Made by a program: the position numbers and the translations under genes. A stretch of DNA of 64,000 nucleotides from an uncultured Planctomycetia bacterium (GTDB lineage Bacteria; Omnitrophota; Gorgyraeia; Tantalellales; Tantalellaceae). The notes below the pieces were generated by a model. That model was not told the origin of the DNA. It did no database searches and worked only from the letters and a program-made list of their open reading frames with translations. The stretch spans positions 2,223-66,222 of the forward strand of contig CAZNEE010000001.1 in NCBI GenBank assembly GCA_964572255.1, in the 5' to 3' direction. This document shows, one piece after another, positions 30,105-39,808 of this stretch (within the stretch, counting starts at the first letter, position 1; each line of letters starts with the position of its first letter).

Positions 30105-32561
30105 ATGGAACAGTATAAACCGGCTGACATAGAGAAAAAATGGCAAAAAAAGTGGCGCAAGGAAGGCCTCTTTAAGGTCGATGTCAAGGATTTCAAGGAT
30201 AAATATTATTGCCTCATGATGTTTCCTTATCCTTCCGCGGGGCTTCATGTAGGCCATGGCCGGAATTATATAATAGGCGATGTTGTAGCAAGGTATAAAA
30301 AAATACGCGGCCTTAATGTGCTCACACCTATGGGATGGGATGCTTTCGGCCTCCCGGCTGAGAATGCCGCTATTAAAGCCGGCATACATCCTAAAGAATC
30401 CACTATGAATAACATAACTACAATGAAACGTCAGCTGGATTCCTGGGGGGTGGAATATGATTGGGATCGTGAAGTGACTTCCTGCCTTCCGGATTATTAC
30501 AAATGGACACAATGGATATTCTTGAAACTTTTCGAAAAGGGCCTGGCATATAAAAAGAAGGCTTTTGTGAACTGGTGTCCTTCATGCAGCACTGTGCTCG
30601 CGAACGAACAGGTCATACAGGGTCAGTGCGAGAGGTGTGATACAGAGGTTGAGCAGAAAGATCTTGAACAATGGTTTTTCCGGATCACTGATTATGCCCA
30701 AAGGCTTCTGGATGATATAGAAAAACTGGATGAATGGCCCGAGAAGGTCAAGATCATGCAGAGTAACTGGATCGGCCGGTCTGAAGGCGTTAATATTGAT
30801 TTTCCGATAGTAGATTCGGATAAAAAGCTTACTTGTTTTACCACCCGTGTTGATACTATCTATGGATGTACATATATGGTCCTTGCGGCAGAACATCCTA
30901 TGGTTGAAGAACTTATCGCAGATAATCCCGAAAAGAAAAAAATAATGGAATTTGTGCGCGAAGTTCGTAATGAATCCAAGATAGCGAGAGAAACGGCCGA
31001 GACAGAGAAAAAGGGCATCTTTACCGGCCGCTATGTGATAAATAAGATAAACGGGAGAAAAATACCTTTATGGATATCGGATTATGTTCTCATGGAATAT
31101 GGGACAGGCGCGGTAATGGCTGTTCCGGCACACGACCAGAGAGATTTTGAGTTTGCCAAAAAGTACGGTCTTCCTGTAGAAGTTGTTATAGATAACCCGG
31201 AAGATTCTCTGGATGCCGGCAAGATGGAGGCAGCATATGAAGACGAAGGCGTGCTCACCGCTTCGGATAAGTTCGATGGCTTGAATAACATAAAGGCAAT
31301 GGACGCTATTAGTGACCATATGGAAAAAGAGGATATCGGCAAGAGGGCCGTACATTTTAAATTACGGGATTGGCTTATTTCCCGGCAAAGATATTGGGGA
31401 GCTCCTATTCCTATTATTTATTGTGATAAATGCGGAACAGTGCCCGTACCGGAAAAATCCTTACCGGTCATTTTGCCTGAAGGCGCGGAATTCAAGCCTA
31501 CAGGGGAATCACCGTTAAAATTTGCTGAAGATTTTGTAAATACCGAGTGTCCGAAATGCAAAGGGCCGGCAAAGCGCGAAATAGACACGATGGATACATT
31601 TGTTGATTCAAGCTGGTATTATCTCCGCTATATCTCGCCGAAGCTGGATGACAGGCCTTTTGATACGAAAGATGTTAATAGATGGCTTCCCGTGGATCAA
31701 TATATAGGAGGGGTCGAACATGCCATACTTCATCTTTTATATTCAAGGTTTATAACCAAGGTATTGTATGACATGGGGCATGTAGGTTTTGATGAACCGT
31801 TCAAACGTCTTTTTACCCAGGGAATGATAGTAAAAGACGGGGCTAAAATGTCAAAATCCAAGGGGAACGTTGTAAGTCCTGATGCCCTGATCAAAAAATA
31901 CGGAGCTGATACCGTTAGACTCTATACCTTGTTTATCGGCCCCCCGGAGAAAGATGCCGAATGGTCCGATCAGGGGGTTGAGGGGGCTTTTCGTTTTCTG
32001 AAAAGAGCATGGAACGTTCTGGACATACTTGAAAGATCTTCGGATTCCGGGGATGAAGATGCCGAGGATAAACTTATGCGCAAGATGCACGGGACCATAA
32101 AAAAGCTCACAGACGATATAGACCAGGAATTTCATTTCAATACGGCTATAAGCGCAATAATGGAGCTTTTGAATGAAGTATATTCGGGCTTGAACGATAA
32201 AGGCCAGGGTTGTTACAGCAAAAAATGTTTGAACGAAGTTGTTGAAAACATGCTGGTCTTAATGGCGCCTTTTGTTCCGCATATCGCGGAAGAGATGTGG
32301 GAAAAAACAGGAAAGACGGAGAGTGTATTCAGGGCAAATTGGCCGGCTTACCTGGAAGATATGCTTTTGACAGAAGCGGTTACTATTCCTGTTCAGATCA
32401 ACGGTAAGCTCCGGAGTAAAATAGAAGTGCCGCGCGGGCTTGATCAGGATAGAATAAAAGAAATAGTGCTCGGGGATGAAAAACTACAGGAAAAACTCAC
32501 CGGCAAAGAGATCCGGAAATGGATCATTGTACCGGACAAACTGATCAATATCGTTGTTTAG
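30105..32561 (+). CDS. leuS: Leucyl-tRNA synthetase
   Basis: HIGH 'HVGHGRNY', KMSKS 'KMSKSKGN', CP1 editing domain; ORF-track start 29898 is an upstream in-frame extension, ATG 30105 'MEQYKPADIEKKWQ' is the canonical start. Confidence 0.95.
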   Translation: MEQYKPADIEKKWQKKWRKEGLFKVDVKDFKDKYYCLMMFPYPSAGLHVGHGRNYIIGDVVARYKKIRGLNVLTPMGWDAFGLPAENAAIKAGIHPKESTMNNITTMKRQLDSWGVEYDWDREVTSCLPDYYKWTQWIFLKLFEKGLAYKKKAFVNWCPSCSTVLANEQVIQGQCERCDTEVEQKDLEQWFFRITDYAQRLLDDIEKLDEWPEKVKIMQSNWIGRSEGVNIDFPIVDSDKKLTCFTTRVDTIYGCTYMVLAAEHPMVEELIADNPEKKKIMEFVREVRNESKIARETAETEKKGIFTGRYVINKINGRKIPLWISDYVLMEYGTGAVMAVPAHDQRDFEFAKKYGLPVEVVIDNPEDSLDAGKMEAAYEDEGVLTASDKFDGLNNIKAMDAISDHMEKEDIGKRAVHFKLRDWLISRQRYWGAPIPIIYCDKCGTVPVPEKSLPVILPEGAEFKPTGESPLKFAEDFVNTECPKCKGPAKREIDTMDTFVDSSWYYLRYISPKLDDRPFDTKDVNRWLPVDQYIGGVEHAILHLLYSRFITKVLYDMGHVGFDEPFKRLFTQGMIVKDGAKMSKSKGNVVSPDALIKKYGADTVRLYTLFIGPPEKDAEWSDQGVEGAFRFLKRAWNVLDILERSSDSGDEDAEDKLMRKMHGTIKKLTDDIDQEFHFNTAISAIMELLNEVYSGLNDKGQGCYSKKCLNEVVENMLVLMAPFVPHIAEEMWEKTGKTESVFRANWPAYLEDMLLTEAVTIPVQINGKLRSKIEVPRGLDQDRIKEIVLGDEKLQEKLTGKEIRKWIIVPDKLINIVV

Positions 32562-33305
32562 ATGAAGACAAAATTATTATTTATAACAATATGCCTTACG
32601 TTTTTAGCATCTTCTTCTTTGGGGGAGAAAACTCTAAAGAAGGATGAATCCTATGAGGGGGATTTGGGCATTCAGGTTATCCGGAAAATTACCTTACCCA
32701 AAGGGTACCACGAGGGATTGTATCTTGATGGCGGGAATATATGGGTATGCAACGGCAAGAAAATTAATACGTGGGTCATAGATACATCGAACGGCAAGGT
32801 CTCTTCAAAGATAATTCCGGTTGCCGGTTTTACTGAGGGAATAACTCATATAGGAGAAGGCGATTTCTGGGTGACTGATTGGGATGACAAGAAATTATAC
32901 CGCGTAAAAATAAAAGAAAATAAAATGGTGGCCGAGCGGGCGGTATCTCTCGAACCTGCGTATCCCGCAGGAGTAATTTGGACCGGTGAAAAACTTTATG
33001 TAATAACTTGGACAAGGGGAATAGGTACTAAATACGGTCTTCTCCGGATGAACAAAGAAGGCGAGTTATTGGATGAAATAAGGATAAAAAGGATACATGA
33101 GCCGGCTCATCTTGCGTGGGACGGTAAATATTTATGGATAACAAGTTGGTATAATCAAAAGGTTTACAAAATAAGTACAGAGGATTTTAAGATATTGGGA
33201 TCTTTTGATTCCCCGGCGAAAGATACTACAGGTATTGTTTGGGACGGAGAAGGTTTTTGGATAACAGGAACACATGACGATCTATATAAAGTGAAACTGA
33301 AATAA
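32562..33305 (+). CDS. Hypothetical secreted beta-propeller-like protein (possibly glutaminyl-cyclase-like fold)
   Basis: Signal peptide; repeated W/Y-G-x-W blades; no firm motif. Confidence 0.3.
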   Translation: MKTKLLFITICLTFLASSSLGEKTLKKDESYEGDLGIQVIRKITLPKGYHEGLYLDGGNIWVCNGKKINTWVIDTSNGKVSSKIIPVAGFTEGITHIGEGDFWVTDWDDKKLYRVKIKENKMVAERAVSLEPAYPAGVIWTGEKLYVITWTRGIGTKYGLLRMNKEGELLDEIRIKRIHEPAHLAWDGKYLWITSWYNQKVYKISTEDFKILGSFDSPAKDTTGIVWDGEGFWITGTHDDLYKVKLK

Positions 33306-33332
33306 AAGGTCGGAAAGAATAAGTCTTTAAGG

Positions 33333-33359
33333 ATACGCTTTCAGGAAGCGTATTTTTTA
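33333..33359 (+). terminator. Intrinsic terminator
   Basis: ATACGCTTT-cag-GAAGCGTAT stem followed by TTTTTT. Confidence 0.5.
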
Positions 33360-33428
33360 TTGTAGATTATTTGATAAATATATAAAATATTATTGAAGAA
33401 AACAAAAATTTATCATTGAAAGGCATAA

Positions 33429-33779
33429 ATGAACTTTACACGGGAAGAGAAAATTATACTTATATTTTTCATGATCCTGCTTTTGACGGGAGCCATATTT
33501 ATGCATATCGTACAGAATCACACTTTCGGTCCCGCTATAGGGACCGATGTATCTTTAAAAGATATAGAGCGTCAATTGAAAGAAAGCCGCAGGATCGATA
33601 TAAACATTGCCTCAATAAACGACTTTGCGAAAATCCCCGGCATAGGATATACAATTGCCGAAAGAATTGTCTCTTATAGAGAATCGAGAGGAAGCTTTAT
33701 GATCGAATCGGATCTGATGAAAGTAAAAGGAATAGGGCAAAAAAAGTTTGAGAAAATGAAGGAATATATAAAGATATGA
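33429..33779 (+). CDS. comEA: Competence protein ComEA (helix-hairpin-helix DNA-binding)
   Basis: N-terminal TM, C-terminal tandem HhH 'IPGIGYTIAERIV...VKGIGQKKFEK'. Confidence 0.7.
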   Translation: MNFTREEKIILIFFMILLLTGAIFMHIVQNHTFGPAIGTDVSLKDIERQLKESRRIDINIASINDFAKIPGIGYTIAERIVSYRESRGSFMIESDLMKVKGIGQKKFEKMKEYIKI

Positions 33780-35362
33780 TACAACTGGCGGGGCCGTTAG
33801 CCTTACCGATCATTCTTTTTATTTTTGGGATGATTTTATCGAATATATCGGGGAATGTTTTGTTAGGATATTTCTATATTCAAATATTCATTCTCTCTGC
33901 CGATATCTTCTTAATGATTTTAACCGGAGGAAAGAAGCGTTTTTATTTTCTTTTTTGCCTTTTCTTCTTTTTGCTCGGCGTTTTCAGATACACATCCGGC
34001 ACGGTATTGCGTGAAAATAATATAGGTATATACGCCGGCAGCAGGTATAGTGAAGCAACTCTCAAGGGCGTGGTAACGGGATATCCGGAAGAAAGAAGAG
34101 CATTCTTATCAAGGTATAAATTATTTTCCATGAAAGTTGAGCATATCTTAGCCGATGGCGAAGAAGGAAAAGTAACGGGAAATATCCTTGTAAAACTTTT
34201 TACATATTCAAAAAGGCCGAGAGTAGGGGATGAGATCGTAATAGGAGGGGAGTTATTTCTTCCTGATAATAAGGATGACGATTTTGATTATATAAATTAT
34301 CTCAGAAAGAGGGGAATAACAGCGATCTTGAGATCAAAAGAAGGCGATCTATATTCAAAGATCGCCACGCGAAATACACCTTTTTTTGTTTTAAAACGCT
34401 TGATCTACAGTATTAGGAGAAAAGCGGATGAAATTATAGGCAGATATCTTTGGGGCAATAACAGGGAAATTATAAGGTCGGTTATTTTGGGGTTAAGAGG
34501 CAATATTGCTCAGGAGACTCAGGATATTTTCATCAAAACAGGGACCATGCATATTCTGGCAGTTAGCGGACTGCATATAGGCATAATAGCCGGGCTGTTC
34601 CTCTGGATATTCAGTTTTCTTGAATTCCCCGGCAAAACATCATATTTGATGACAATTATAGGCATATGTTTGTTTGCGGTACTTGCGGGATGCAGGTCTT
34701 CATCTATACGCGCAGCAATAATGTTCTCTTTTGTCCTGATCAATCGTATGGCAGGAAGAAAAACAGACATTCTAAATGTTCTTTTGCTATCCGCTTTTTT
34801 CATCACCTTTTTTCATCCCTCACAACTTTTTCAGACGGGTTTTATACTTTCATATGTTGCCGTGCTGTCGATTATTTTTATAACTCCGATCACGGACGGG
34901 ATTTTCAGGATAAATAGATTAAAGTATAAGGAAAATGCATTTAATAAAGCATGGAGATACTTCCTGAAGCTGATGTCTTTGTCGCTGGCAATCTGGATAG
35001 GCATGATGCCCCTGGTTGCAATGTATTTTAAAATAGTTACATTATCGGTTATTTTCACGAATCTTTTAGCTGTGCCTGTACTGTTTGTCATGGTCGTTTC
35101 GGGTATCGGTCTGCTATTGGCAGGTTCTATTAATATTTTTTACCCTGTTGCCGGGGCCATTTCATTATTCATACGGGGCCTGTGTGATATATTTACTAAA
35201 ACGCTGCAAATGATCTCAAATATCCCTTTTTTGTATATCAAGGTCCCGTCTTTGGGAAAACCTCTGATATTGGGTTATTATATGTGCCTGGTTCTTATTG
35301 TAGGTATTTTTAACGTGTATATAAGCAAAACTTGTAAACCAGGCGGAGTAATTAGGCTATAA
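33776..35362 (+). CDS. comEC: ComEC/Rec2 DNA internalisation channel (DUF4131 + competence domain; no C-terminal metallo-beta-lactamase domain)
   Basis: 'HILAVSGLHIGIIAG' competence-domain signature, polytopic. Confidence 0.8.
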   Translation: MIQLAGPLALPIILFIFGMILSNISGNVLLGYFYIQIFILSADIFLMILTGGKKRFYFLFCLFFFLLGVFRYTSGTVLRENNIGIYAGSRYSEATLKGVVTGYPEERRAFLSRYKLFSMKVEHILADGEEGKVTGNILVKLFTYSKRPRVGDEIVIGGELFLPDNKDDDFDYINYLRKRGITAILRSKEGDLYSKIATRNTPFFVLKRLIYSIRRKADEIIGRYLWGNNREIIRSVILGLRGNIAQETQDIFIKTGTMHILAVSGLHIGIIAGLFLWIFSFLEFPGKTSYLMTIIGICLFAVLAGCRSSSIRAAIMFSFVLINRMAGRKTDILNVLLLSAFFITFFHPSQLFQTGFILSYVAVLSIIFITPITDGIFRINRLKYKENAFNKAWRYFLKLMSLSLAIWIGMMPLVAMYFKIVTLSVIFTNLLAVPVLFVMVVSGIGLLLAGSINIFYPVAGAISLFIRGLCDIFTKTLQMISNIPFLYIKVPSLGKPLILGYYMCLVLIVGIFNVYISKTCKPGGVIRL

Positions 35363-35494
35363 TAGCGCGGAAAATACGTGTTTTCGGGGCATATATTTTT
35401 TATTTTTTAATATATAATTACATAATTATTTATTCTTGTAAAGCGTGTAAAAATGTGGTATAGTGAATTTGTAAATAAACATGGAGGTGTGGTA

Positions 35495-35923
35495 GTGGAA
35501 GATCGTCCAGAACAAAGACGTCATGAAAGGGTGAAAACCCACATTCCAATCAGGTACCGCAAATTGCGTGATACAGCGGGCATGTCGGGAGCCAGTTCTC
35601 TCTCCAAAAACATAAGCCAAGGCGGGATCAGATTCAGAACCGCGGAATTTATTTCAATGGCATGTAGGCTTATTTTGGAACTGGATATTCCGATGTTTAA
35701 CAAACCCGTTAAAGCCATTTCAAAGGTGGCTTGGATACGTAAAGCCGGTTCTGGCGACGATTATGAAGTGGGGAATCAGTTCCTTGAGATCTCCAAAAAA
35801 GACAAAGAGCTTATCACGGAATATGTAGATAGTCTTTCCAAGTACAACGATCAAGCAAGCACTGGTACCTCCAGTACGGACGATAAAACTAAAGATGCGA
35901 AAGAAAACAGTCCGGAAGCTTAA
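35495..35923 (+). CDS. PilZ-domain c-di-GMP-binding protein, paralog 1
   Basis: 'RRHERV' (RxxxR) and 'NISQGGIRF' (D/NxSxGG) PilZ motifs; GTG 35495 preceded by GGAGG (ORF track gives ATG 35453). Confidence 0.65.
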   Translation: MEDRPEQRRHERVKTHIPIRYRKLRDTAGMSGASSLSKNISQGGIRFRTAEFISMACRLILELDIPMFNKPVKAISKVAWIRKAGSGDDYEVGNQFLEISKKDKELITEYVDSLSKYNDQASTGTSSTDDKTKDAKENSPEA

Positions 35924-36042
35924 ATTTATTTTTTTAAAAATCTTTGTCTTGAGTCGCCTGTCTGAGTTGAACTTATTTGGGGGCCGCATTTATTCTGTCT
36001 AATTTTTTTAAAACTTTATTTAAATCATTGTATCAGTCTATT

Positions 36043-37002
36043 ATGAAGAGAAAATCTGTAATTATATTTACTTTTTTGGTTTCTGTTGTTTTTTCGGCTA
36101 ATGTGTCTTATGCATTTTGGATATGGACGCCGAAGTCAAAGACAATGATCAATCCTAAGTTCGCCGTTAAAGATACTCCACGTGAACAATATGATTGGGC
36201 AATGCGTTTTTACGAATTACATGATTTTCAAAGGGCCGCGGATGAATTTGTACGCCTTGTAAATCATTATCCCGATTCGGATCTCGCCCCGGATGCGCAA
36301 TATTATGCCGGCAGGTCTTTTGAGGAACTGGGTAAATATTATTTTGCGTATGAAAATTACCAGAAAACAGTAGAAAAGTATCCGTACACTAAACGCATGG
36401 AGGAAATACTTCAGAGAGAATTTAATATCGCGAAGATCCTGCAAACCAAAGATGAGCCGAAGTTGATGGATATGGAGCTTTCGCTTTCGATGGACAGGGC
36501 AGTAACCATATATAAGAAGATAGTTGAAAACAGCCCTTTTGGCGAGTATGCGGACAAATCTTTATACAATATGGCCGATTGCTATCGCAGGCTGAAAAGA
36601 TATAATGAAGCAGCGGAAGCTTACAGGAAGATCATAAATGACCATCCCGGAAGCGATCTGGTGCCGGAAGCCAAATATCAGCTTGCATATACGATGTACG
36701 AAGCTTCGCTAGACCCTGAATATGACCAGGCAAGTACGGAAGAAGCTTTGGAAGAGTTTGAGAGAATAGCGAAAACCAGTGATATCCCGGGGATATCGGA
36801 AGAGGCTGATAAGGCCATACTTGAACTTAAGGACAAAAAGGCAAAAAGCATAATGACCATTGCCGAATTTTATGAAAGGCAGAAAAAATACGGGAGCGCT
36901 TTACTGTATTATAAGGAGATCGCCAGGGATTATCCGGGTACGCCAAGCGCCAATATAGCTGAAATAAAAATCGAAATATTAAGCGGAAAGGTTAAAAATT
37001 GA
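36043..37002 (+). CDS. TPR-repeat periplasmic protein (BamD/YbgF-like)
   Basis: Signal peptide 'MKRKSVIIFTFLVSVVFSANVSYA', several TPR-like repeats; ORF-track start 35977 is upstream extension. Confidence 0.45.
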   Translation: MKRKSVIIFTFLVSVVFSANVSYAFWIWTPKSKTMINPKFAVKDTPREQYDWAMRFYELHDFQRAADEFVRLVNHYPDSDLAPDAQYYAGRSFEELGKYYFAYENYQKTVEKYPYTKRMEEILQREFNIAKILQTKDEPKLMDMELSLSMDRAVTIYKKIVENSPFGEYADKSLYNMADCYRRLKRYNEAAEAYRKIINDHPGSDLVPEAKYQLAYTMYEASLDPEYDQASTEEALEEFERIAKTSDIPGISEEADKAILELKDKKAKSIMTIAEFYERQKKYGSALLYYKEIARDYPGTPSANIAEIKIEILSGKVKN

Positions 37003-37541
37003 AGAACTATTCTTTAATAAAACTCTTATTGGTCGTATTTTTATTTTTAAGCGGATGCGGGTATACCACCTCATCACTTTTGCCGAAGGATCTGGATTCC
37101 ATACATGTTGATAGTTTTAAAAACAAAATAGATCCCACTAAGGAAATATCCGACAGAAGGGTCAGCTACACCTATAGGCCAGGCCTGGAAATAGATATAA
37201 CCCGGTCGGTAATTGACGGTTTTATATTTGACAGGCATCTCGATATAGAGGGCGAAAAAAATGCGGCGCTTTTGATGAAAGGGGCCCTGACGGACTTTAG
37301 AGAGTATCCGCTCAGTTACGATAAAGGAAATAATATAGATGAATTTCGAATAGAAATATATGTTGATATCGAGCTTTATAACAACAAAACCGGCAAACTT
37401 ATGTGGCGGGAAAAAGGCTTCATGGGACAATCCAGTTATAATGTATCGGGTCCTAATGCTAAGCCTGAGTCAGAAGGCATCAAGGATGCGGTTAATGACC
37501 TTGCCGCAAGGATAGTCGAAAGAACAGTTGAATCCTGGTAA
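36999..37541 (+). CDS. Lipoprotein, candidate LptE (LPS assembly)
   Basis: Lipobox 'FLSGC', ~180 aa, position between leuS and holA as in the conserved leuS-lptE-holA neighbourhood. Confidence 0.4.
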   Translation: MKNYSLIKLLLVVFLFLSGCGYTTSSLLPKDLDSIHVDSFKNKIDPTKEISDRRVSYTYRPGLEIDITRSVIDGFIFDRHLDIEGEKNAALLMKGALTDFREYPLSYDKGNNIDEFRIEIYVDIELYNNKTGKLMWREKGFMGQSSYNVSGPNAKPESEGIKDAVNDLAARIVERTVESW

Positions 37542-37564
37542 TAGACAGGTATTGGTCAATTCTA

Positions 37565-37607
37565 TGGACCCAGGTCGGGAAATCACGATCTGGGTCCATT
37601 TGTTTTA
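37565..37607 (+). terminator. Intrinsic terminator
   Basis: TGGACCCAGGTC / GATCTGGGTCCA 12-bp stem (1 mismatch) + TTTGTTTT. Confidence 0.55.
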
Positions 37608-37811
37608 GTGACAAAAAAACAGTTATTTCACCCCAAGTGTTAGAATATAAAATAGTTAGATATTTCACTTGCATAGTTCCGGATGTATGTTAAAATAATA
37701 GCAAGTCAAATGTAGATTTTTATTTAACTAACAATGCATATTATGGCGAGATCTTTATGAAGCGATCAGTCAAACTATTTAATTTAGGTATAAAAAAGCA
37801 GGGAGAGAAAA

Positions 37812-38210
37812 GTGAATAACAATAAAGAAAGAAGAAAATATAAAAGAGTGAGCGTACATATTCCGGTCAAGTATCGCGCTCTTAACTCGAGCCCGGATGA
37901 TCCGAATATCAGCACTGTTACCAAAAATATCAGTGAAAGAGGGATCAGATTCAGGGCGTCTGAGTTTATATCTATAGCTACGAGACTTGTTATGGAGATG
38001 GATGTTCCCTTGCTTAATAAGCCTATTAAAGCCATATCAAAGATAGCATGGATCCAAAAAACGCCTGCGGGCAACGATTACGAAGTCGGCGGCTATTTTC
38101 TGGAAATGGCGAAAAAAGACAAGGAAATAATTTCCGAGTATGTAGGGAACGTAGACTATAAAGACGATCCAGAGCAGGACAAGCCAAAAAAAGACAATTC
38201 CAGTAAATAA
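37812..38210 (+). CDS. PilZ-domain c-di-GMP-binding protein, paralog 2
   Basis: 'RRKYKRV' and 'NISERGIRF' motifs; collinear with paralog 1 ('KAISK(V/I)AWI(R/Q)K...GDDYEVG(N/G)(Q/Y)FLE(I/M)(S/A)KKDKE(L/I)I(T/S)EYV'). Confidence 0.65.
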   Translation: MNNNKERRKYKRVSVHIPVKYRALNSSPDDPNISTVTKNISERGIRFRASEFISIATRLVMEMDVPLLNKPIKAISKIAWIQKTPAGNDYEVGGYFLEMAKKDKEIISEYVGNVDYKDDPEQDKPKKDNSSK

Positions 38211-38296
38211 AAAGCGTAAAAGCAAATCCAGAATCATTTTTTCCTCTCATTAAAATTTCATTGTAAACACCTCTTCCAAATAGTACAATTAAAAAG

Positions 38297-39238
38297 ATGA
38301 ATTATCTGATTATAGGCGATGACGCATATCTGAGGGAACGCGAAGAGAATAAAATAAAAGAAAAATTCCTTAGTTCCGGCGAGGCTGATATAAATTTTTC
38401 TATTTACCGGGAAGAAGATGATTTAAGCGATATTATGGATTCTCTGGGCACTCTGCCTTTTCTTGCGGATAGAAGAGTTATTCTCGTCAAAGAAGTAGAA
38501 AATTTCACGGAAAGTTCGCTGAATACTTTAATGTCTTACCTTGAACATCCAACGGAAACCAGCGTTCTCATAATCTCCGCCGACAGCAATTTCAAAAAGA
38601 ACAAGCATTATAAAAAGTTCGTTTCTTCGATGGAGACCATTGCAGCCGATGTACCGCAAGCGCATACCATGAAGAAGTGGATAAAGAGTTTTCTGGAAAA
38701 GGAAAATGTGGACATTTCGCCCCAGGCAGTTGACCTTATTGTTGAATTGAAAGGGCAGGATACTGCCGGGATCAAGGCCGAAATAGATAAACTTATTTCT
38801 TTTTCCGGCGGCAATAAAATTGAAGTAAAAGATGTCGAACAGATCGTCGGCCGCAGTGTTACCGAGACTGTTTTCAAGCTTGTGGATGCCATAGATTCCG
38901 GGGATGGCGAATGGGCATTCCGCATATTGAACGATCTTTACAATGATAAGAAACAGCCTGTTGAGATAATCGGCTATCTTGGCTGGCACATGAGAATGAT
39001 GCAGGGCGTAAACCTGCTCTCCTCGAAAGGGGCTGGAGTAAACGAAATAGCTTCCAAGCTCGGATATTCTCCGGGTTATGTCAAAAGGTTATCATACCAG
39101 GCCAAGAAATATGATCACTCCAAAATAGCCCGCCGCGTATCCCTTTTATTCGAAACAGATAAGGCAATAAAAACGGGGCAGAAAGACCCCAATATAGCTC
39201 TCCAGATGCTTGTTGTTGAGTTCTTGAAGGATAAATAA
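38297..39238 (+). CDS. holA: DNA polymerase III delta subunit
   Basis: HolA family N-terminal 'YLI.GDD.YL' and AAA-lid architecture. Confidence 0.75.
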   Translation: MNYLIIGDDAYLREREENKIKEKFLSSGEADINFSIYREEDDLSDIMDSLGTLPFLADRRVILVKEVENFTESSLNTLMSYLEHPTETSVLIISADSNFKKNKHYKKFVSSMETIAADVPQAHTMKKWIKSFLEKENVDISPQAVDLIVELKGQDTAGIKAEIDKLISFSGGNKIEVKDVEQIVGRSVTETVFKLVDAIDSGDGEWAFRILNDLYNDKKQPVEIIGYLGWHMRMMQGVNLLSSKGAGVNEIASKLGYSPGYVKRLSYQAKKYDHSKIARRVSLLFETDKAIKTGQKDPNIALQMLVVEFLKDK

Positions 39239-39248
39239 GGCAAGTACT

Positions 39249-39515
39249 TTACTTTTTGATCTTACTCAGCTGAGTTTTCAGCCTGGATATCCTGCGGGAA
39301 GCATTTTCTTTCTTGATAACATTACTTTTAGCGGCTTTATCCAGTTTGGATTCAAGCTGCCTCAGTAAAGCGTTTGCTTCGTCCGGCTTCTGATCACTTA
39401 TCAGTGCTCTTGATCTCTTGGTAAGAGTTCGGATCTCTGAAATAACTGATTTATTTCTTGAATGTTTTTTCTTGTCCTGTCTTAATCTTTTGTATGCTGA
39501 TTTCTTTACCGGCAT
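39249..39515 (-). CDS. rpsT: 30S ribosomal protein S20
   Basis: 'MPVKKSAYKRLRQDKKKHSRNKS...' typical S20. Confidence 0.9.
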   Translation of the reverse strand: MPVKKSAYKRLRQDKKKHSRNKSVISEIRTLTKRSRALISDQKPDEANALLRQLESKLDKAAKSNVIKKENASRRISRLKTQLSKIKK

Positions 39516-39645
39516 TACTTTCTCTCCTTAAATGTTTACTGTAACTAAATTTAGGAGCATAATTTAACACAGCTGGGCGTTGTTGTCAATGTTTTTATGA
39601 AACTATGGATATCAGGTATTATGCTGGTTTTGTTTGTAAACGTAT

Positions 39646-39722
39646 AAGAGTGCAGTATATTTCCTGCCAGGGCCCCTCCGCCCGGTGTGGATCCTCCCTG
39701 TACGGAAACATACTGCACTCTT
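39646..39722 (+). repeat. Copy B of dispersed GC-rich palindromic intergenic repeat
   Basis: AAGAGTGCAGTATATTTCC-TGCCAGGGCCCCTCCGCCCGGTGTGGATCCTCCCTGTAC-GGAAACATACTGCACTCTT; terminal inverted repeats; between divergent rpsT and murJ. Confidence 0.7.
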
Positions 39723-39808
39723 TGTCATATAAACAAAACAAGCATAACCCTTGATATACACTATTGCTAGCTTCACGTAATAATGATATTATATAGGCTA
39801 TAAATAAT

